From contig NC_086097.1 of the NCBI RefSeq assembly GCF_963921235.1, positions 31,250,001-31,314,000 of the forward strand: a stretch of DNA of 64,000 bases. The letters run 5' to 3'. Below the pieces are notes generated by a model. It worked only from the letters and a program-made list of their open reading frames with translations, did not search any database and had not been told where the DNA came from. This DNA is from Mobula hypostoma. Taxonomy: Eukaryota. A program made the position numbers and the translations under genes. Below, in pieces: positions 52,064-61,090 of the stretch (its first letter is position 1; each line of letters opens with the position of its first letter).

Positions 52064-55000
52064 ACCAGTTACCTTACTGAATATCTACGGACCAAACAGG
52101 GATGACCCGGAACTTTTTAGACGAGTTCTAGGATTGATACCAGAGGTCTCCAGTACTAACCTGATTACTGGAGGGGATTTTAATTTTGTTCTGGATACAT
52201 ATCTAGACAGATCTTCCAATCAGAGGGCATTACCATCAAAGGCAAGTAAACTGCTGAGAACATATGTAGACGATATGAATCTGTGTGAGATACAGAGATT
52301 ATTCAACTCAACAGGGGGAGAGTATTCATTCCACTCTAGAGTTCATAATGTACATACTAGGATTGACTATTTCCTCCTTGATGGCAAAGTACTACCACAA
52401 GTCGATAACGTAAGATATCATAATATTGTCATCTCAGACCACAGCCCTGTTACTTTTTCACTGGAGCTGGCTGAATTGACCCAAATACATAGAAATTGGA
52501 GGTTTAGTCCTCAGCTACTTACAAACCCAAACTTTTGTGAGTATTGAGAATCGCAAATTTTTTTTGAGACAAATGATAATAGTGAAACACCCCCAGGACT
52601 ACTATGGGAAACATTTAAAGCTTACGTTAGAGGATGTATAATTTTTCAGTCTTCCCTAAAGAAATGTAGTAGAGCAGGACAAATAGAACTACAAACATTT
52701 GTAGAAGAACAAAAACGTAAACTAGACACAGAGAATGTGTGACAACCACCCGCAGAAAAATACAACAGAATTTCAGCATTAAAATACAAACTGAACCAAA
52801 TACTCTCAGGAAGGATGTGCACAGCTCTTATGTTTACAAAACAGAATTTCTTTGAATTTGGTGATAGACCGCACAAATTGCTGGCAAGACAGCTAAGCAA
52901 ATTGGAAAGTGATCGGGCCATTCATAAAATTAAATCAGACTCGGGCGCTCCATTGATGTCACACAAAGACATTAATCAAAGATTCTGTCAGTATTATGAA
53001 AAATTATATGCATCTCAATCTAATGTACCGACGGGGAGCGTGCACACATTTCTGGACATTTGTAGGCTACCTTCACCCAATCTGACAGAGTGTCAGGCTT
53101 TGGAAGCAGAGATTACAAATGACGAAATAGTAAGAACAATAAGATCCCTGAAAATGGCAAGAGTCCAGGTTCGGATGGAATAGGTAATGAGTTTTATAAG
53201 TTTAGTGACTTATTAGCACCTTACATGGTAAGGATGTACAGAAAGTCATTTGAAATTGGCAGGTTATCTCAAACCCTGAACGAGGCCATTATCACACTTA
53301 TTCCGAAGAGGACAAAGACCCAGAAGAAGTAGGATCTTATAGGCCGATTTCACTGCTGAATTCGGATCAGAAAATTTTGGCTAAAATGCTGGCAAGGAGA
53401 CTCAATCAGCAGATAAATAAATTGGTACACTATTATTCTTTCCATAATATCAGGCGCCTTCTTAGTATAATGCATTCCCGAAGACATCCTAAGGAAGACC
53501 TTATAATATTAAGTTTAGATGCTGAGAAAGCATTCGACCAAGTGGAATGGCAATACCTCTATGAGGTTATGAAAAAATCTGGAATGGGAGACAAATTTAT
53601 AACTTGGATCAAGCTACTGTACAGTAACCCCAGTGCTAAAATACTAACTAATCAGACCCTCTCGGAACAATTCAGTTTGCACAGGGGCGCAAGACAGGGC
53701 TGTGCATTAAGTCCATTATTGCTTGTATTGGCCCTGGAACCACTGGCGGAGACTACACGTTCTCACCCCAAAATTTATGGGTACAATACAAAATATACTA
53801 TCAACAAAATATCCCTTTATGCGGACAATGTTTTGTTGTTTGTAACAAAACCATATATTACTATTTCAGTTTTGCTGGAAATAGTCAATTTATTTGGCAC
53901 TTTCTCGGGGTATAAGATTAACTGGGGGAAAAGTGAATTATTCCCGGTCCGAGTAGAAGAACAGGAGGGGCTTAAACAATTTCCATTCAAAATAACCCTT
54001 GAGAAGTTTACTTATCTTGGAATTGTAAAAACCAAAAAGTATAGTTCTCTATTTGAAGCAAATTTTATCCCTCTAATTGAAAAGATTAAAAAGAAAATAA
54101 AATTTTGGAAGACACTCCCAATTTCTTTAGTGGGTAGAGTAAATACAGTCAAGATGATCTTTCTTCCCCAACTGATCTATCTATTTCAGTACCTGCCCCT
54201 CGATCTTACCAAAACCTTTTTTAAAGAATTAGATTCGATAATTCTACCTTTTATATGGAATTATATAAGTCCATCGAATTAGAAAAGAACATCTCTGCAA
54301 GAATAAGACTTGTGGGGGGCTGGCACTACCCAACTTTATTTTTTATGACTGGGCTGCTAACGTTAGCCATATAGCATACTGGATAGATGATACAGTTGTA
54401 CTTCCCGGATGGTTGGAGATGGAGCATGAGGATTGCCTACCATATTCCATAGGGGCAATCATTATGTCCCCTATTTGGTTAAATAAATACTGTTATAGAG
54501 GCAATTCCATTATCCATAGCACCATACAGATGTGGAGACAAATGGGGAAGCATTTGAAACTCAGAACATTATGTTTTCTTGTTACATAGATGTGTTGCTG
54601 GCTGTTGTGGCTCACTGGGGTGGAAGAGACTGTTCCATGATGTATAATGAAATAAACTAATTCAGTAAATAAAATTCAAAGATGAACACAGAACACAACA
54701 GCACAGTATGGACACTTTGGCCCACAATGTTGTGCCGAATTTTTAACCTACATCAGCGAACCCCTCTTTTATCCCCTCATGTATAGATGGGGCCTTTGAT
54801 GCATGGTGAGCATTAGGGATACGCAGCGTTGGAGACTTACACACACAAGGGATTCTTGCATCATTCCGGCAGCTCCAGAACAAATTCAGATTGCAAAAGA
54901 ATCATTTTTTCAGGTATCTCCAGCTATGACACTATATAAGATCACATCTTTCTGGTTTTGAGACGGCAGAACCTGATAAATCAGATAATCATCGCCTATC

Positions 55001-56230
55001 TGCATGATGCCATACAAAACAAGTGTCACACAACAATGGATAATATTAAAAAAGAGTGGGAAAAGGAGTTGGGTACAGAGATAGAGGAGGTTATATGGAA
55101 TGAGGCTTTGGAGTATGTCAACTCCTGTTCCATCAATGGCAGGCATTGTTTAATACAATTTAAAATCCTACATAGACTACATTACTCAAAAGTAAGGATT
55201 CATAAAATATTCGGAGAAAGCAATTTTCCAAATTTTTTATAAAAATCTACAGGATAGCCATCAAGTCCAGAGGCCTTACCAGATTGCATTGAAAAAATTG
55301 CTTTATGAATTTCAGCTTCAGTAATTTGGGCATCAAGAGTTTTTTGATCCTCAACAGAAATTTTAGGAAAAGCAATCTTTTGTAAGAAAGCATTGATTTT
55401 AGAAGAATCTACTGGACATTGACATTTATAAAGTTCAGTATAAAAATCTTGAAAAATCTTATTAATTTCTTCATATTCCCAAGCCAGGGTACCATCTTTC
55501 CTGTGGATTTTCAATCCTATATAGACTACGTTACTCAAAAGTAAGGATACATAAAATATTCCCAGAGGTGTCCCCAATGTGTGAGAAATGCAAGTCCTCG
55601 GAGGCAAATTTATTACATAATTATGCTTCATGTCCCAGGATACAAGAGTATTGGAAACAAATATTTGAGGTCCTATCGAAGGTACTAAAGGTTCAGATAA
55701 TACCAGACCCCATTTTAATAATTTTTGGAACTTCTGCGAGGTCAAATAAATTCCAGGCTACCCAGCAACAACTCCTGACCTATGGCATACTTAATGGAAA
55801 GAAACTCATACTGATGTTCTGGAAAAAGGAGGGAACTCCATCACTCAGACAATGGCTGGCTGCATTAATGGATACTCTGCATCTCGAGAGGGTAAGATAC
55901 GTTATCAAGGACAGACTCAAGGAATTTGAAAAAATCTGGCAACCATTACTGTTGTATTTAGAAGAGACCGACAGCTGAACTAAGTGTGGGGGGGGCGGTA
56001 GGACCTAAACAGCACAAATGGGAGGGATGAGGGGAGGGTAGGGCTGGGAAGGGGAAAGGAGACGGGGTGGTAGGGTTTCCTTTGCTTTTTGCCTGTTTAC
56101 TATACATACATTCATTTGATTTTCATTATGTTGTTATAAGAAAGAAAAGAAAAAAGAAGCGTTGTACTTTAGGACATTGTCGGTTATGGTTAAGCTGATG
56201 TTGCTTCACAATAAAAACATTTGAAAACAG
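52064..56230 (+). mobile_element. L1/Tx1-clade LINE, 5'-truncated ORF2 (APE endonuclease, RT, CCHC), degenerate
   Basis: LLNIYGPN, GGDFN, RIDYFL, SDHSP (APE); YRPISLLN, LSLDAEKAFD, RQGCALSPLL, LYADN (RT); CEKC...H...C. AATAAA and A-rich tail near 56210-56228. 12-bp TSD atgtccctaa(t/c)g at 52052-52063 and 56231-56242. Confidence 0.92.
55213..55512 (-). mobile_element. Internal ORF2 fragment of a different L1 family, inverted, inside the L1
   Basis: INKIFQDFYTELY...ITEAEIHKAIFSMQSGKASGLDGYPVDFYKKF. Flanked by a 49-bp duplication at 55164-55212 and 55513-55561. Confidence 0.85.
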
Positions 56231-56329
56231 ATGTCCCTAACGTATCTGTCTCTACCACCACCCCGGTAGCGTGTTCTATGAATTCACCACTCTCTGTGTA
56301 AAAAACTTACATCTGACAATCCCCAGAGT

Positions 56330-56542
56330 AACAGTCACAAAATGATAAGAGGAACTCAGCAGGTCAGGTAGCATCTATGGAGAGGAATAAAGAGTCAACT
56401 TTTCGGGCCAGCACCCTTCACCAGGACTTGATGAAGGACACAAGTCCTTATGAAGGCTTTCGGCCCAAAACATCAACTGTTTATCCCTCCCCATTGATGC
56501 TGCCTGACCTGTTGAATTTCTCCAGCATCTTGTACGTGTTAC
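56330..56542. mobile_element. Palindromic PLE-terminus element in a CR1 tail
   Basis: cagcaggtcaggtagcatc is inverted against gatgctgcctgacctgttg. Decayed hammerheads on both strands at about 56393-56479. Confidence 0.75.
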
Positions 56543-58294
56543 ACTGACTTACCCTTATATGTTCCTCTGATCAACTTAAAATTATGCCACCTCATAATAG
56601 CCTCTTAAGCCTTGTATTAGCCATTTCCACTCTGAGAAACAAATCTCTGACTGTCCATTCTCATCTTGTACAACTCTTTCAAGACACCCCTCATGTTCTT
56701 TTGCTCTAAAGAAAAAAGCCCGAGCTCGCTCAATCAATCCTTGCAAGCCAAATCATTTAAGTAACAGCCATTGTCTTCAGTATTAATTAATTCTTCTCCA
56801 GTGTTTGAACAAGCAGAGGCATGGAAGTTTGCCAGGCAAGTGGAGGCTCTCACAGTCCTGACTTCCCTCCCATAAAACAACAGAGCAACAAAGCAGGATT
56901 TGCAGCAACTAACCACGTCATACAACATCAACACAAAGCAAATAGGCTGCCTGCCCACAAGCAACTTAATCTCTGAATCAGTGTTTGCCATTGCCGGTTA
57001 CAGACCGTGCAATCTGAATGATTGGGAAAAGAATGAGATCATGAGAACACAAGTACAGCTGGAGATGAGGATCCACGTCAAAGGGTGACTGCGAAGCTTT
57101 TCACATCAAGCAAGCAAAGAGCCAGTCACCTTTGAAATAAATCCTGGTCCTTGGAGTAAGAAATAGAAGGTCTTGCTCACAATTCCATGGTGAGTCAGGT
57201 TGCTGCCGACAGAATCACTGCCATAACAGAGAATGCAGGAACATAGAACAGTACGTTCAGCCCCTAACATCTGAGCTGCAAAAATTTTGCAGATGCTAGA
57301 AATCCAAAGCAACACAGACAAAATCCTACAGGGACTCAGCAGGTCAGGCAGCATTTAAGGAGAGGAATAAACAGTTGGCACTTTGGGCTGAGACCATAGT
57401 TCCCTCTAAGCTGTGCGCATGCACACACGTTCTTCAACCAGCGCACAAAGGAAATTAATGTGCGCACAAAAGGTTAGTTACTTAAAATAATGTAGTAATT
57501 AATAATTATACTTATTGAAAATAATCTTTTAGCTGTTTCTGTTAACTAGTTAGTCGGTTTTTCAAATACCACAATGCACGTCACTAATTTATGTCACCTC
57601 ACCTTTCCTGTTCCGGTTTGTACAGCTGCATCACGGCGGCAGCCATGTTTGGCAGACAGTGTTCAGTGTTTGTAAAGTTTACAAAGATCTGCTTCAATTC
57701 CTGTAGATAGCTTACTAAGTTTTTATTGAAAACAATATTGATTCACTATGTTGAATTCAAAAGAAGTGAAGGGCATGAAGTGCAAAAGAACTGTAAGTTT
57801 GTTTAAAGTTGAATGGCTTAACATATAGTAGAAACTGCCACACAGAAAGCTCGTGAGGTCATGAACATTCAGCTAAGAAAAATACTTATGTATGATTTGG
57901 AAACTGGAGTTATTTGTTTATATTGTCGTGATGCGAAAGTTGCTGGAGAATTCGCTAGTGGAAAGAAATGGGATGATATTTGGAAACTTGACTTTTTGAA
58001 GCATCATCTGGCAAGAAAATCGCATTTGGATGGTGTACAAAAGCTCAGGCAACAGAACCCGTCATTACCCATTATAGGAGTGCTACGCATGTTACGGTCG
58101 AGTGCTCATGAGCGAGAGTGAAAACGATCAAACCCAGAGGAGATCAAAGTTGAGGTACAAGAATGGTCAGCTTTTGATTTCTCCACAATTGCAGATTGTG
58201 ACTTCACATTTGGCGATGAACAAGTTAATGCCTTATGTCTAAAATATCATGATTTTCTAGCTGAAAATACTGTAACAGTTAGACAGTTTAATGA

Positions 58295-61090
58295 AACAAC
58301 ACACATCAAAGTTGCTGGTGAACGCAGCAGGCCAAGCAGCATCTGTAGGAAGAGGCGCAGTCGACGTTTCAGGCCGAGACCCTTCGTCAGGACTAACTGA
58401 AGGAAGAGTGAGTAAGGGATTTGAAAGTTGGAGGGGGAGGGGGAGATCCAAAATGATAGGAGAAGACAGGAGGGGGAGGGATAGAGCCAAGAGCTGGACA
58501 GGTGATAGGCAAAAGGGGATACGAGAGGATCATGGGACAGGAGGTCCGGGAAGAAAGACGGGGGGGGGGACCCAGAGGATGGGCAAGAGGTATATTCAGA
58601 GGGACAGAGGGAGAAAAAGGAGAGTGAGAGAAAGAATGTGTGCATAAAAATGAGTAACAGATGGGGTACGAGGGGGAGGTGGGGCCTTAGCGGAAGTTAG
58701 AGAAGTCGATGTTCATGCCATCAGGTTGGAGGCTACCCAGACGTTGTTCCTCCAACCTGAATGTGGCTTCATCTTTACAGTAGAGGAGGTCGTGGATAGA
58801 CATGTCAGAATGGGAATGGGATGTGGAATTAAAATGTGTGGCCACTGGGAGATCCTGCTTTCTCTGGCGGACAGAGCGTAGATGTTCAGCAAAGCAGTCT
58901 CCCAGTCAGCGTCGGGTCTCGCCAATATAGAAAAGGCCACATCGGGAGCACCGGACGCAGTATATCACCCCAGTCGACTCACAGGTGAAGTGTTGCCTCA
59001 CCTGGAAGGACTGTTTGGGGCCCTGAATGGTGGTAAGGGAGGAAGTGTAAGGGCATGTGTAGCACTTGTTCCGCTCACACAGATAAGTGCCAGGAGGGAG
59101 ATCAGTGGGGAGGGATGGGGGGAGGACGAATGGACAAGGGAGTTGTGTAGGGAGCGATCCCTGCGGAATGCAGAGAGAGGCGGGGAGGGAAAGATGTGCT
59201 TAGTGGTGGGATCCCGTTGGAGGTGGCGGAAGTTACGGAGAATAATATGTTGGACCCGGAGGCTGGTGGGGTGGTAGGTGAGGACCAGGGGAACCCTATT
59301 CCTAGTGGGGTGGCAGGAGGATGGAGTGAGAGCAGATGTACGTGAAATGGGGGAGATGCGTTTAAGAGCAGAGTTGATAGTGGAGGAAGGGAAGCCCCTT
59401 TCTTTAAAAAAGGAAGACATCTCCCTCATCCTAGAATGAAAAGCCTCAACCTGAGAGCAGATGCGGCGGAGACGGAGGAATTGCGAGAAGGGGATGGTGT
59501 TTTTGCAAGAGACAGGGTGAGAAGAGGAATAGTCCAGATAGCTGTGAGAGTCAGTAGGCTTATAGTAGACATCAGTGGATAAGCTGTCTCCAGAGACAGA
59601 GACAGAAAGATCCAGAAAGGGGAGGGAGGTGTCGGAAATGGACCAGGTAAACTTGAGGGCAGGGTGAAAGTTGGAGGCAAAGTTAATAAAGTCAACGCGT
59701 TCTGCATGCATGCAGGAAGCAGCGCCAATGCAGTCATCGATGTAGTGAAGCAAAAGTGGGGGACAGATACCAGAATAGGCACGGAACATAGATTGTTCCA
59801 CAAACCCAACAAAAAGGCAGGCATAGCTAGGACCCATACGGGTGCCCATAGCTACACCTTTAGTTTGGAGGATGTGGGAGGAGCCAAAGGAGAAATTATT
59901 AAGAGTAAGGACTAATTCCGCTAGACGGAGCAGAGTGGTGTAGAGGGGAACTGATTAGGTCTGGAATCCAAAAAGAAGCGTAGAGCTTTGAGACCTTCCT
60001 GATGGGGGATGGAAGTATATAAGGACTGGACATCCATGGTGAAAATAAAGCGGTGGGGGCCAGGGAATTTAAAATCATCGAAAAGTTTAAGAGCGTGAGA
60101 AGTGTCACGAACATAGGTCGGAAGGGATTGAACAAGGGGTGATAAAACAGTGTCGAGGTATGCAGAAATGAGTTCGGTGGGGCAGGAGCAAGCTGAGACA
60201 ATAGGTCGGCCAGGACAGGCAGGTTTGTGGATCTTGGGTAGGAGGTAGAAACGGGAAGTGCGGGGTGTGGGAACTATAAGCTTGGTAGCAGTGGATGGGA
60301 GATCCCCTGAGTGGATAAAGTCGGTGATGGTGTGGGAGACAATGGCCTGGTGCTCCTTAGTGGGGTCACGATCGAGGGGTAAATAAGAGGAGGTATCCGC
60401 GAGTTGTCGCTGTGCCTCGGCAAGGTAGAGGTCAGTATGCCAGACTACAACAGCACCCCCCTTATCGGCGGGTTTAATAATAAGGTTAGGATTAGTGCGG
60501 AGGGAGTGGAGAGCAGAGCGTTCCGAAGGAGTGAGGTTGGAATGGGGACAGGGTGCGGTGAAGTCGAGACGGTTGATGTCCCGTCGGCAATTAGCGATAA
60601 AGAGATCCAGAGCAGGCAGAAGACCAGAGCGGGTTGTCCATGAAGAAGAGGAGGGTTGAAGACGGGAGAAGGGGTCATCGGTGGGGGTGGAAGAGTCCTT
60701 GCCGAAGAAGTAGGCTCGGCACGGAGACGGCGGAAGAAAAGTTCCGCATCGTGGCGAACACGGAACTCGCTGAGGTGTGGGTGAAGGGGGACAAAGATGA
60801 GGCCCTTACTGAGAACAGAGCGTTCTGCCTCCGACAGTTGAAGGTCGGAGGGGATGGTAAAGACCCGGCACGGATGAGAGCTGGGATCAGAGGGGGGAGG
60901 GGGGAGGCTGGAGGTGTCAGTGGAGAGGGGAGGGTTGCGGTGAGAGGAAGATGGAGCCTCTGAGGGCCCAGGAGCTGACGGTGGGATCTGAGGAAGACGG
61001 GGCTGCGGAGTGGTGGTGGGGGAAAGGGAGACGGGAGTCACAATAGCAGCACTTGAAGACCCGGCCTGGAGTTCAAGGCTGGTGTCAAAA
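58295..61090 (-). mobile_element. Penelope-like retroelement, 5'-truncated, inserted in a hAT transposon
   Basis: ORF pieces 60445..61110 and 58998..59849 are very similar to the 15.1-18.4 kb copy. Perfect 14-bp TSD agacagtttaatga at 58281-58294 and 61091-61104. Confidence 0.95.
58358..58394 (-). ncRNA. Minimal type I hammerhead ribozyme motif
   Basis: Minus strand reads AGUC-CUGACGA-AGGGUCUCGGCCU-GAAA-CGUC-GACUG, with an intact core. Confidence 0.85.

Noticed and set aside
56801..57088. Protein-like frames (FEQAEAWKFARQVEAL; NLNDWEKNEIMRTQ)
   Set aside because: Short, closed by stops, without consistent splice signals or recognisable homology.
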